Under the pieces are notes generated by a model. That model was not told the origin of the DNA, ran no database searches, and worked only from the letters and a program-made list of their open reading frames with translations. A program made the translations under genes and the position numbers. From a virus, in IMG/VR virus record IMGVR_UViG_3300045988_177154, positions 128,001-192,000 of that record: a stretch of DNA of 64,000 nucleotides, one strand, 5' to 3'. This document shows, in pieces, positions 18,578 through 27,970 of this stretch. Each line of letters begins with the position of its first letter. Position 1 is the stretch's first letter.

Positions 18578-19399
18578 ATGAACAGAACTATAAAAGATTG
18601 TGTTTATGGCCTTGCTGTTGGGGACGCTTTAGGAGTCCCCTTTGAATTTAGGCCTAGAGATTCATTTAATGCAACAACTATGACTTCAGGTGGTGTTTGG
18701 AACCAACCTATTGGAACTTGGTCAGATGATACTAGTATGACCATTGCTACTTGTGATGCTCTTAAAGAAAACAATAAAAAGATTGATTTAAAAGCAATTC
18801 AACGAAACTTTGTTATTTGGAAAGACTACGATTCTTATACAGCTCATAACAATACTTTTGATGTGGGCAATACAACTTCACAAGCTTTAGATAGAAGAGT
18901 TGGATTGGACGATTTATATTCTAATGGTAATGGAAGTCTAATGAGAATTGCTCCTTTAATATTTGTTGATTGTACAGATGAAGAAATTGCTCAAGTAAGT
19001 GCTATTACTCATGCTCATCAATACTCAATCGAAGCTTGTATCTTATATGTGAAAATAGGTAAAGAACTACTTAAAGGAAAAGATTTAAAGACAATACTAG
19101 ATGAATTAGATTGCTCAGACACTTTTGCCAGATTAAACAATCTCAAAAATTTAGATAGGGACTCTATCCAATCTGGTGGTTATGTTGTTCATACCTTGGA
19201 AGCTTCCTTATGGTGCATTTTAAACACTGCTACATACAGTAGTGCTGTGCTCACTGCAGTTAATCTTGGTGATGATACAGATACAACGGCTGCTGTTACA
19301 GGCGCTCTAGCTGGACTTATTTACGGGTACGAATCAATACCAAAAGAATGGATTGACACTTTAGCCAACAAAGAGTTAATTGATTCTTGCTTGTTTTAA
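18578..19399 (+). CDS. ADP-ribosylglycohydrolase (ARH/DraG family)
   Basis: CVYGLAVGDALGVPFEF, GTWSDDTSM and GDDTDTTAAVTGALAGLIYG are the metal-binding motifs of the family. Confidence 0.8.
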   Translation: MNRTIKDCVYGLAVGDALGVPFEFRPRDSFNATTMTSGGVWNQPIGTWSDDTSMTIATCDALKENNKKIDLKAIQRNFVIWKDYDSYTAHNNTFDVGNTTSQALDRRVGLDDLYSNGNGSLMRIAPLIFVDCTDEEIAQVSAITHAHQYSIEACILYVKIGKELLKGKDLKTILDELDCSDTFARLNNLKNLDRDSIQSGGYVVHTLEASLWCILNTATYSSAVLTAVNLGDDTDTTAAVTGALAGLIYGYESIPKEWIDTLANKELIDSCLF

Positions 19400-19404
19400 A
19401 CAAA

Positions 19405-19444
19405 AAGAAAAAGATTTAGCACTATCTATGCTAAATCTTTTTTA
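19405..19444. terminator. Bidirectional rho-independent terminator
   Basis: AAGATTTAGC / GCTAAATCTT stem flanked by an A-run and a T-run, between convergent genes. Confidence 0.75.
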
Positions 19445-19849
19445 AGTAAATTCTATTAAATTTATTTTATAAGCAAGTTCTACAACTAATTGTTGCCCTA
19501 ATGACAATTCATTAAACTTCTTATCTTCCATTTTTTCAAGTTCATTTTTATATTTTGCTCTAATTTCTAACTTTCTTATTTCTTTTTCATATTCTGCTCT
19601 GTTACTAACTTGTTCAGCAACAATTTCTTTTACTTCATCTGAAATTGTGATTTTAACTTCATTATCTAGCAATCCATAAGCATAGCAAAACTTAATCAAT
19701 TCTTTTTCATCTTTAATAATGAAATGCTTTCTTTTATATCCTTTGGGTAATTTATCAAAATTGCTTATAGGGAACTTGTCATTCCTTGAATTTGCCCAAC
19801 GTGGAACAAGTCTACTTTGTCTTTTTAAATAACTTTCTTTATAATTCAT
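19442..19849 (-). CDS. Hypothetical protein
   Basis: 135-aa ORF on the minus strand with an AAGAAAGAGAG RBS. Confidence 0.6.
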   Translation of the reverse strand: MNYKESYLKRQSRLVPRWANSRNDKFPISNFDKLPKGYKRKHFIIKDEKELIKFCYAYGLLDNEVKITISDEVKEIVAEQVSNRAEYEKEIRKLEIRAKYKNELEKMEDKKFNELSLGQQLVVELAYKINLIEFT

Positions 19850-19920
19850 TTTACAAACTCTCTTTCTTATGTTACAATAGATATGTATAAATTATTATTC
19901 TAAAAATAAGAGGTATAAAC

Positions 19921-20187
19921 ATGACTATTTTAATTATCGGAATTGCTGTATTAGTAGGTATTTTCATTTTGGGCTATCTTTATAAAAATAGAAAAAAGAA
20001 TGAATCCAGCCAAGATAATCTTGAAGATTTTTCATTCACACCAGGTGTAGAATTAACTACTAATGTGAAGAAAAAATCTGAATTGACTCCAATGGAAAAA
20101 TCTACAGCTATTAAAACTTTGGAGAAATTGGGGTATAACAAAGCAGAAATCATTGGCTTGCTAGGAGAAGAAGTTTATGACAATTAA
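19921..20187 (+). CDS. Small membrane-anchored protein
   Basis: N-terminal TM helix ILIIGIAVLVGIFILGYL followed by a KNRKK stop-transfer sequence. AAGAGG RBS. Confidence 0.6.
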   Translation: MTILIIGIAVLVGIFILGYLYKNRKKNESSQDNLEDFSFTPGVELTTNVKKKSELTPMEKSTAIKTLEKLGYNKAEIIGLLGEEVYDN

Positions 20188-21439
20188 AATCGGCTTAATC
20201 CAAGGTAATGGAAAGGATTTAGTTGGTGGCGGTTCAATTCAATTAGAGTATAATCTATGGGCTGACTCACAAAATGACATTGAATTAACGAATTTTGTAG
20301 CAGTACCAAATGATGAAAAAACTAATTTCTATAATGAAAAAGAAATTTCAGGTAGAACATTAAAAAATGTAGTTGAATTTAATAATTCTTCACCAAATAC
20401 AATCTTTGACAACATGGATAAGTTGATTGTGCTAACTTATCCTTTTGCTGATTCTTTGGAAAATAAAGAAGAAACAGCTAATTGGTATAAAAACACTTTA
20501 AAACAATTTAAATCTAATAAAGATAAATGGCTAGGCGTTATTTGTTATGACTACAAAAAAGAAGTTGTTTTGAATAATCTTGGAGCACTTCATGTGGAGT
20601 TATATGAAATGGCTGACAAGATTTGGGTAAATAACAAATCAAATCCATTAGTTAATTATTTACTTGAAAATAGTAAAGTAACAATGAACCAATTTCATTT
20701 TACTTGCCCACAATTCATGAATGAAACCAAATTGGAATGGAAAAATCCTAAAGATAAAAAAATGAATTGGCTTTATTATCAAGGAAGAGCATTAGCTTGG
20801 AAAGGTTGGGATGCTTTACCTCATTTATCTCAATATTTAAAAGATTATTACTTAATCTTTAATGGAATGGGTACTATTAAAGGAGAATTTGACTCAATCT
20901 TTACAACAAGTTATGTTGAAGCAACTTATGATGTTAACTTAGCTGATAAAGACCGCATGGAATTTAATGCTATGTATGAGAAATACTTTGTAAGAAAAGA
21001 GAAAGAAACTTCAAAAGTTGAAATGTATGGTTTTTATGACCCGAAAACTGCTAATGAAATAACTTCTACTGCTGGATTTGCTATGTATTATACAATCTTA
21101 AATCCAGACCACAATTTCTTCCCCGAATACGCTCTTATTGATGCGATTAGAAATGGTACTGTTGTTATCTTGCCAAGTTGGTATTTCGACCCAGATAATT
21201 TTCTTGAACTTAGTGATTCGTTAAATAAATATACTAAAACTAGAATTATTAACGGAACACCTGAAGAAACAGGTTTCTTAACTTATGATTACAAGAACAA
21301 TGATTACTGGCAACTGCAACAAAAACTTGATGAATTACGTTCTAATCCTAATCTATATGAGCAATATAGAGAAAGAGCTTATAATTACATGATTAAAGAA
21401 CATGGAGCCAATAAGAAAATTAGAGAGTTTTTGAAGTAG
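20177..21439 (+). CDS. Hypothetical protein, possibly a GT-B-type glycosyltransferase
   Basis: 420 aa. C-terminal FFPEYALIDAIRNGTVVILP loosely resembles the E-x7-E region of GT4 enzymes. This is weak, by-eye evidence. Confidence 0.35.
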   Translation: MTIKIGLIQGNGKDLVGGGSIQLEYNLWADSQNDIELTNFVAVPNDEKTNFYNEKEISGRTLKNVVEFNNSSPNTIFDNMDKLIVLTYPFADSLENKEETANWYKNTLKQFKSNKDKWLGVICYDYKKEVVLNNLGALHVELYEMADKIWVNNKSNPLVNYLLENSKVTMNQFHFTCPQFMNETKLEWKNPKDKKMNWLYYQGRALAWKGWDALPHLSQYLKDYYLIFNGMGTIKGEFDSIFTTSYVEATYDVNLADKDRMEFNAMYEKYFVRKEKETSKVEMYGFYDPKTANEITSTAGFAMYYTILNPDHNFFPEYALIDAIRNGTVVILPSWYFDPDNFLELSDSLNKYTKTRIINGTPEETGFLTYDYKNNDYWQLQQKLDELRSNPNLYEQYRERAYNYMIKEHGANKKIREFLK

Positions 21440-21454
21440 AAAGGAACTAATATA

Positions 21455-22330
21455 GTGGAAATAAATACAAAAACAGAATTATTAAGAGAAATTGAAGCAT
21501 TTACTAAAGCTCTTTATGAATATAGAAATATTGGCCCACTAATAATTTCTGAAAAAGAATATAATCCTTATTATGTTGAGAATGGTTATTTGAAACGAGC
21601 TGATTATAGTGGTGTTATTCTTGATGAAAATGCTTTCCTGGCTTTTTATGCAGTATTTTTTGATTCAATCAAATTAGATTCTAATGCAGGGAAAGTTTCT
21701 GATAGTGATTACTTCAATACTCTTTATTTTAAATATAAAGCAAAATATGAAAAAGAATCAAGTAATTTAGACCCATTTATGCAGATTGTCAGAAGTAATC
21801 AAGAAGATAAAAATAAATCAGTTGAAGATGAAGAAGCATATAGTGCAGTTGAAGGTTTTTTAGACCTTGTACTTAGACGAAAAATTCGTAAAAACATCAA
21901 ATCCAAAACTTCAAAAGATAAATCTCTGGCTCAAATAGTAAAAAAGGAAGATGATAACAAAGATTACAGGACAATAAGTTTTGTGGTAAGTTCTTTGTTA
22001 TCTTTCTCAACTGTAGTTTTGTGGACGTTTACTGGCTTTAATCCAATGACTGTAGCTTTTATCATTGTTATTGTTTTATGTTTATCCTCTTATACTATCT
22101 CTTGTTTTACTGTAAATAAATTAAGTAAATCAGAAAAAGAAGAATTAAAACAACTACCTAAAGATTTTAAAAAATATATCCTTGGTGATTACACTACTTT
22201 TAACGAAGAATTTTTCTCATATCAAATCTCAAGTTATATTGATAGTTTCTTCAAAGATAGTGTAGTTTACCATTATGTAAAAGAAAAATATACAAAAATA
22301 GAAAGTGGAAACAGTATTACAAATGAATAA
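21455..22330 (+). CDS. Array A paralogue 1 (two-TM membrane protein), hypothetical
   Basis: GTG start with an AAAGGA RBS. ELLREIEAFTKAL, FLAFYAVFFDSIKL, DYFNTLYFKY, two TM helices, C-terminal YHYVKEKYTKIE. Confidence 0.7.
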   Translation: MEINTKTELLREIEAFTKALYEYRNIGPLIISEKEYNPYYVENGYLKRADYSGVILDENAFLAFYAVFFDSIKLDSNAGKVSDSDYFNTLYFKYKAKYEKESSNLDPFMQIVRSNQEDKNKSVEDEEAYSAVEGFLDLVLRRKIRKNIKSKTSKDKSLAQIVKKEDDNKDYRTISFVVSSLLSFSTVVLWTFTGFNPMTVAFIIVIVLCLSSYTISCFTVNKLSKSEKEELKQLPKDFKKYILGDYTTFNEEFFSYQISSYIDSFFKDSVVYHYVKEKYTKIESGNSITNE

Positions 22331-23180
22331 AAGAGAATTACTTTACGAAATTGATAAGTTTGATGAAGCATTACAAACTCATAAATACACTGAAGAGTTG
22401 ATTCCAATAGACAAGTATTATCCTTACAAGCTAGATGAAAGAGTTCTTGTAAGAAGTGATTTTGAAAGCAGTATCTGGGTTGAGGATTCATTCCTTATGT
22501 TTTATCAAACATTTTTTGATAAAATCAAGCTGAATGAAAATGCTCAACAAGTATCAAAGAGTAAATATTTTAATACGCTTTATCATGATTATCTTAAAGA
22601 AATAAAACAAGATACGTTTTTACAGTCACTTGGCGAAAACAAAAAGAATAAAAATGAAGCTCAGCCACTTGTAATTTTAAACTTCTTTTCCAATTTGCTT
22701 ATGTACAAAGGTCATGAAATTCAAGAAAAGTTAAAAAGTAAAGCTTCTCCTAAAAAACAATTGTTCAAAGTGATAAGTAGAAAGTATAATTATGAGGAAA
22801 CTATGCAACTAATTGGAATGATTGATGTTGCAATGTTAATAGCAATTTTTCTAACAATGTTAGTAAACATTGCTAATAAAGATAATTTTCTTGAATGGCT
22901 AGTACCAGTAACATTTATGGCTGTTATTCCTATAAATTTAGGGCTCCTTATATATTGGTTTACACATAAAACAACTAAAGAGGAAAATAACGAATTAAAA
23001 GACTTACCTGCTAATTTTAAATCATATGTTCACGGTGGGTTAATAATAACTAGTGAAGATTTCTTCAGTCCTATTACTTTTGATTATCTCGATTCATTCT
23101 TTAATGATAGTGAAGTTTATTTGTACTTGAAAAAGAAATACACCAAAATTGAAAGAAAGGATAATATAGCAAATGAATAA
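22323..23180 (+). CDS. Array A paralogue 2
   Basis: The ATG at 22323 overlaps the upstream stop in the junction ATGAATAA. ELLYEIDKFDEAL, FLMFYQTFFDKIKL, KYFNTLYHDY, YLYLKKKYTKIE. Confidence 0.7.
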   Translation: MNKRELLYEIDKFDEALQTHKYTEELIPIDKYYPYKLDERVLVRSDFESSIWVEDSFLMFYQTFFDKIKLNENAQQVSKSKYFNTLYHDYLKEIKQDTFLQSLGENKKNKNEAQPLVILNFFSNLLMYKGHEIQEKLKSKASPKKQLFKVISRKYNYEETMQLIGMIDVAMLIAIFLTMLVNIANKDNFLEWLVPVTFMAVIPINLGLLIYWFTHKTTKEENNELKDLPANFKSYVHGGLIITSEDFFSPITFDYLDSFFNDSEVYLYLKKKYTKIERKDNIANE

Positions 23181-24012
23181 GAATGAATTGATTAGCGAAA
23201 TATATGAATTTGAAAAAGAATTAGCACGAAATTATGATAGGAAATTATCCACTAGAGATAAATTCTCACCTTATTTTATAAATAAAGGCGTATTAGTTAG
23301 ACAAGTGTTTGATGGCCATGAAAATGTAGAAATAAATGCTAGAGATTTAAAAACAACTGAAGAGTTAATAACTTTTTATGAGAATTTCTTTAAATTAGTA
23401 GATAATGTGTATGAGAACACCTATAAATCATTAAAGGATAATTGTCAAAACTCAGATAGTAAATATTTCAACAAATTATCGTGCTTCTTAGCAGGCGGTT
23501 ATGACTCTTTTGAGAGAATCTATAACAATCATAACTCAGGTCAGACAGACTCATTATCTTTCATATTCAAAAAAAGATTTCAAAATGATTTTATTTATGA
23601 AGTAGATATAAAAGGGAAGACTTTGAGTAATTGGTATAAATTTGAATATAATAAATATTTTATAGCGTTTATGGGCGGTCTCATAGGTTTTATTGTGACT
23701 GGATTTTTCTATTTCTTATTTAATAATTTGATTGGAACATTAGTTTCAGGTGGTGTCTTTTCTTTTATTGTTGCTTTTGACATTATAAAAGCACAATACA
23801 CACTTAGAACCCATCATATAACTAAAATTGAAGAAGAGTTCTTTAGTAAAATTCATGACATATCTTCACAAGAACTTCTTAAATATATTAAACTTTGCAA
23901 ATACGAAAAGTATTTCAATGATTATTTTAAAGGTGATGTTCTGTATGAAGAATTAAAACGAAGATATAATATTAGCACTACTAATTCTGAAAATGAAATT
24001 GTAAATGGTTAG
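23173..24012 (+). CDS. Array A paralogue 3
   Basis: Same ATGAATAA overlap junction. ELISEIYEFEKEL, ITFYENFF, KYFNKL, two TM helices, LYEELKRRYNI. Confidence 0.7.
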   Translation: MNKNELISEIYEFEKELARNYDRKLSTRDKFSPYFINKGVLVRQVFDGHENVEINARDLKTTEELITFYENFFKLVDNVYENTYKSLKDNCQNSDSKYFNKLSCFLAGGYDSFERIYNNHNSGQTDSLSFIFKKRFQNDFIYEVDIKGKTLSNWYKFEYNKYFIAFMGGLIGFIVTGFFYFLFNNLIGTLVSGGVFSFIVAFDIIKAQYTLRTHHITKIEEEFFSKIHDISSQELLKYIKLCKYEKYFNDYFKGDVLYEELKRRYNISTTNSENEIVNG

Positions 24013-24018
24013 AACTTA

Positions 24019-24047
24019 TTGACTTTATTTCAGCTTTAATATATAAT
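24019..24047 (+). promoter_or_regulatory. Sigma-70-type promoter
   Basis: TTGACT, 17-nt spacer, TATAAT. Confidence 0.65.
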
Positions 24048-24090
24048 ATAAACTATAGAAGTTAACAAGAAAGTAGGATTAAGGTGTTAA

Positions 24091-24891
24091 ATGAATAAAA
24101 GTGAATTGATTCATGAAATATATGAATTTGATAAAGAATTAACAGATTATGGACTGAAGAAAGAAATTAAATTACATAACAATTATTATTTGTGCTTTGG
24201 AACGTTACACCGTAAAATTGGTAATAATACAATCTTTGTTTCAGATTTGACCACATATAATAAAGAAAAAGAATTGTTAGCTTTTTATGAAACTTTTTTC
24301 CATGATTTAGATACATTAGATGAATACCGTGATGGAAGTTCTTACTTTGAGAAAGTGCTCAATTATATCAAAAGGAAAACATCTTATGATAAATTTGAAT
24401 TAGTTCATTCTGGCTTTGATAGTAGAAATGATTACAATAGCATTGAGTATCACTTCCAAGATAGCTACAATAAAGAATTTTTACCAGAAAGCAAAACTCA
24501 AAAAGAGGCATTAGAAAATAGACACAAATTATTCAAATTATACAATATTCTCTATTGGTCAGTTCTTGCAATTTTTGTTGCTTCGTGCGTTGTAGTAATC
24601 ACTTTTCTTTTTGGAAATATAAATGTTTTCTACAATCCATTCTTTACATTACTATTGATTTTGGGGATTTCATTGAAAATTTCTAGCAATCATGTCTATG
24701 AAAAGGTTGAAAAATATAGAACTATAGCTGACGATATAACTTATAAAATTGGAGATTTTGCAAAATTAAATCAAAGAGATTATTATAAAGACATTTATCA
24801 ATTCTATAAAGATGATTTATTCTTCAAAGAACTTCAAAAACAATATAATATAACTACAACACCAACAGGTAATCAAATCATAGGAGATTAA
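24091..24891 (+). CDS. Array A paralogue 4
   Basis: ELIHEIYEFDKEL, LAFYETFF, SYFEKVL, two TM helices, FFKELQKQYNI. Confidence 0.7.
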   Translation: MNKSELIHEIYEFDKELTDYGLKKEIKLHNNYYLCFGTLHRKIGNNTIFVSDLTTYNKEKELLAFYETFFHDLDTLDEYRDGSSYFEKVLNYIKRKTSYDKFELVHSGFDSRNDYNSIEYHFQDSYNKEFLPESKTQKEALENRHKLFKLYNILYWSVLAIFVASCVVVITFLFGNINVFYNPFFTLLLILGISLKISSNHVYEKVEKYRTIADDITYKIGDFAKLNQRDYYKDIYQFYKDDLFFKELQKQYNITTTPTGNQIIGD

Positions 24892-24893
24892 AA

Positions 24894-25946
24894 ATGAACA
24901 GAACTTTAAAAAACACATACAAAAATAAAAAAGTATTTATTACTGGTATTACTGGGTTTAAAGGAAGTTGGCTTGCACTACTATTACATAGATTAGGAGC
25001 TGAAGTTAAGGGCCTTGGATTAGAACAATCAGAGAAAAATACTATTTTCTATAAAGGCGAAATTGAAAAAATTGCTAAGGTTTATATTCAAGACTTACGA
25101 GAAGAATTTTCAGATGAGTTAATTTCTGACATTCAAGAAGCAGATTATATTTTCCATTTAGCTGCACAACCAATCGTATCAGAAGGCTATCGTGACCCTT
25201 ATGGAACATTTAATACAAATGTTATGGGTACTGTTAAAATGCTAGAACTTGTTAAAAATTCTACTCATGAAGTGTCTTTTCTTAGCGTAGCAAGTGACCG
25301 AGTTTATGCTTCAGTTCCACACCCTCATGTTGAAACAGATTCAATGGCTGGATTTGAACCTTATTCATTATCTAAAGTATTTGATAATATGCTTGTAGAT
25401 ATGTATAGCCAAATGGACGGTGTGTCTGATAAAGTTAAATTTATTAACGCTCGTGCTTCAAATGTGCTTGGTGGCGGAGATAAAGGAATTAACCGTATTG
25501 TAACTTCAATTATGGATGCTGTTGAAAAAGGCGAAACACTCAAACTTAGAAACCCAGCATTTGTTCGTCCTTATCTTTATGTGTTAGATTGTCTTTCACA
25601 ATACTTGATTATTGCTTCTTATGGAACATATAATGCTTACAATATTGGTGCAGGTGAACATACAAGTGTTTCTGTACAAGAGCTTGTGGAGTCATTTATC
25701 AAACAAAGCTATCACAATTTGAAATGGAATAATACTGGAGAGCAATTTGGATTTGAAGGTAATACATTACTTGTAAATACTGACAGATTCCACAATGAGT
25801 TCCCTAAAGTAAATTCTGTATGTGATACTATTGATGATGTTGTTAATCGTATCTTGCTAATCAATAATGAATCAGACAAAGAACTTGCTAAACAAAAAGC
25901 AAATACTCTTATTGATGAAGCAATCTCTGTATATAATGAGTTTTAA
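24894..25946 (+). CDS. NAD-dependent sugar-nucleotide 4,6-dehydratase, CDP-glucose 4,6-dehydratase-like (SDR family)
   Basis: KKVFITGITGFKGSWLALLL Rossmann motif typical of RfbG-type enzymes. YSLSK catalytic Y-x3-K. Confidence 0.65.
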   Translation: MNRTLKNTYKNKKVFITGITGFKGSWLALLLHRLGAEVKGLGLEQSEKNTIFYKGEIEKIAKVYIQDLREEFSDELISDIQEADYIFHLAAQPIVSEGYRDPYGTFNTNVMGTVKMLELVKNSTHEVSFLSVASDRVYASVPHPHVETDSMAGFEPYSLSKVFDNMLVDMYSQMDGVSDKVKFINARASNVLGGGDKGINRIVTSIMDAVEKGETLKLRNPAFVRPYLYVLDCLSQYLIIASYGTYNAYNIGAGEHTSVSVQELVESFIKQSYHNLKWNNTGEQFGFEGNTLLVNTDRFHNEFPKVNSVCDTIDDVVNRILLINNESDKELAKQKANTLIDEAISVYNEF

Positions 25947-25958
25947 GGTATATTAACT

Positions 25959-26321
25959 ATGGATAAAATTTTAATTGAAATTTATAATTGTTATGGTAGT
26001 GATTGTAAAATTACTAAAAAAGTAAAAAGTTTGGTTATTGATTCTATTGAAGAACTTAAAAGTGGATTGGAATCTATTGGATATGATTGGATTTTAGAAG
26101 AAGTTTATAATGACTATGATTGGCTTGATGTTGACGAAAAAAGTGATTATGAGGACTTCATTAAAGGCAATACTTCATTTCTTTTAATAGAATGTGATGG
26201 TGATTGGGACGACCCGTTAGGTTGTAAATTAGTCCGTTACTCTTATGATGAAAAGATGAAAGAGCTTGATGAAGCTTATAAAACTCAAAAAGATGAAATA
26301 AATTTATTGTTTAGGGGTTGA
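25959..26321 (+). CDS. Array D paralogue 1 (small acidic protein)
   Basis: MDKILIEIYNCYG..., VIDSIEEL, D/E-rich, KDEINLLFRG C-terminus. Confidence 0.6.
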   Translation: MDKILIEIYNCYGSDCKITKKVKSLVIDSIEELKSGLESIGYDWILEEVYNDYDWLDVDEKSDYEDFIKGNTSFLLIECDGDWDDPLGCKLVRYSYDEKMKELDEAYKTQKDEINLLFRG

Positions 26322-26377
26322 CAGTTCATTAAATATTTGATATAATAAATTCATCAAATGAAAAGGTGGATTTAAAA

Positions 26378-26704
26378 ATGAAAAAATATTTAATTGAAAT
26401 TGCAGACGTAGTTTGTTATGATGAAGAAACAGAAATTGATAGTTTTGCTGTAAACTCACTTGAAGAAGTTGAAGCAGAATTATTAAAACGTGATTTGGAA
26501 TATATTTACCGTTACGGTAAAAAATCAGATTTACAAAAATTCATTAACGGGGAAACTACTGTTGCAACATTCCCTAAAAAACGTAATAGTGATGTATCTG
26601 AATTTTATTCAATTACTTGCTATTCCTACCAAGAGAAATTAGAAGAACTTGAACGAATATTCCAATTCGGAAAAGACAAATTAAACAAATTATTTGAAAT
26701 TTAA
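26378..26704 (+). CDS. Array D paralogue 2 (small acidic protein)
   Basis: ATG at 26378 with an AAGGTGG RBS. MKKYLIEIADVV, AVNSLEEVE, FINGETTVATFP, KDKLNKLFEI. Confidence 0.6.
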   Translation: MKKYLIEIADVVCYDEETEIDSFAVNSLEEVEAELLKRDLEYIYRYGKKSDLQKFINGETTVATFPKKRNSDVSEFYSITCYSYQEKLEELERIFQFGKDKLNKLFEI

Positions 26705-26727
26705 ATTATAAGAAAGGCTGTTTAAAT

Positions 26728-27051
26728 ATGGAAAAATATCTGATTGAAATTTTTGGAATCTATGGTAAAGGTGACGCTGATAAAGAAGTAGAAAGCTTTG
26801 TTATAAATTCCATTGATGAACTTGAAGAAACTATGGAAGGTTATGAATGGCTTTGTAGTGATGGCGGTAAATCTGATTACCAAAGATTCGTTAAAGGAGA
26901 AATCACAACTGCCACATTCCCTCACTATGGTGATTGGGACGAACCTGACGACTATGAAATTGTTCGAACTTCATACAAAGAAAAACTAGAACAAATTGAA
27001 AAAGAGTACAAAGATAAAAAAGAAGAATTGAATAAACGCTTTGGAAACTAA
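26728..27051 (+). CDS. Array D paralogue 3 (small acidic protein)
   Basis: MEKYLIEIFGIYG, VINSIDELE, FVKGEITTATFP, KEELNKRFGN. Confidence 0.6.
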   Translation: MEKYLIEIFGIYGKGDADKEVESFVINSIDELEETMEGYEWLCSDGGKSDYQRFVKGEITTATFPHYGDWDEPDDYEIVRTSYKEKLEQIEKEYKDKKEELNKRFGN

Positions 27052-27131
27052 AGGAAGAAAGATAAAACTTTCTTCCCTTTCTTTTGATTGATATATAAAT
27101 AAAAATTTTAAAATAAAAGAGGCTTTTTACT

Positions 27132-27830
27132 ATGAAAACTTTTGATTTTAAAGGGAACGCAATCACAAATAATTATACTTTAAGTGATTACTTCTCTACC
27201 ATCTATACTAAGATGTTTATTGGCTTGATTATTACAGCCTTAGTATCTTATATGCTTCCATTAGCATTGCCAGGATTGTTTGTTACAATCGTACACAATT
27301 ATAAAATCGTAGCAATACTTTCATTATTTGTTGAATTAGGAGTAATATTCTATATTGCAAAAGCTATGAAAGATAATACTAAGAATTTGACTCCATGGTT
27401 CTATTTCTATTCATTCGTGAATGGAATTACAATGAGTGTTATCTTAGCATTTTCTAATCCAGTTACAGTAGCTGTTACTTTCTTAATTACTGCAGTTCTA
27501 TTTGGAACACTTGCTTTCATTGGAAGAACAACTAAGAAAGATTTATCTGGTATTGGTAAATTTGCTATTGCAACATTGCTTGGTTTAATCATTGCTACAT
27601 TAGTTAATATTTTCTTACATAATACTATGTTAGATTATATTATTACTTATCTTGGTGTAATTGTTTTCTCTGCTTTGATTGCTTATGACAATCAAAAAAT
27701 TCAAAAAGGATTTGCAAGAGTAAATCAAGATAATTATAATAATGTTACTACTTGGCATGCTCTTGATTTATACCTAGACTTTATCAACCTATTCTTATAC
27801 ATTTTAAGAATTTTGGGCAAAAACAAATAA
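27132..27830 (+). CDS. Bax inhibitor-1/YccA-family membrane protein
   Basis: Seven-TM-like profile. FSALIAYDNQKI and LDLYLDFINLFLYILRILG resemble the conserved C-terminal BI-1 motifs. Confidence 0.75.
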   Translation: MKTFDFKGNAITNNYTLSDYFSTIYTKMFIGLIITALVSYMLPLALPGLFVTIVHNYKIVAILSLFVELGVIFYIAKAMKDNTKNLTPWFYFYSFVNGITMSVILAFSNPVTVAVTFLITAVLFGTLAFIGRTTKKDLSGIGKFAIATLLGLIIATLVNIFLHNTMLDYIITYLGVIVFSALIAYDNQKIQKGFARVNQDNYNNVTTWHALDLYLDFINLFLYILRILGKNK

Positions 27831-27942
27831 ACTGCAGTCTGAGCTGTTTTATCAATGGTTAGGGTTAACTATCAAAAATAACTCCAAACTGTTGCTAAAA
27901 CAGCTTTTCAGCGTTTAGCAACAATACTAATAACGATATACA
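27830..27942 (+). repeat. IGR-120 intergenic repeat, copy R4 (forward, divergent)
   Basis: ACTGCAGTCTGAGCTGTTTTATCAATGG, AAACTGTTGCTAAAACAGC, CTAATAACGATATAC. Ends about 30 nt before the next start codon. Confidence 0.7.
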
Positions 27943-27970
27943 AAATAAAAATTTCAAAGAGGTATTTTTA

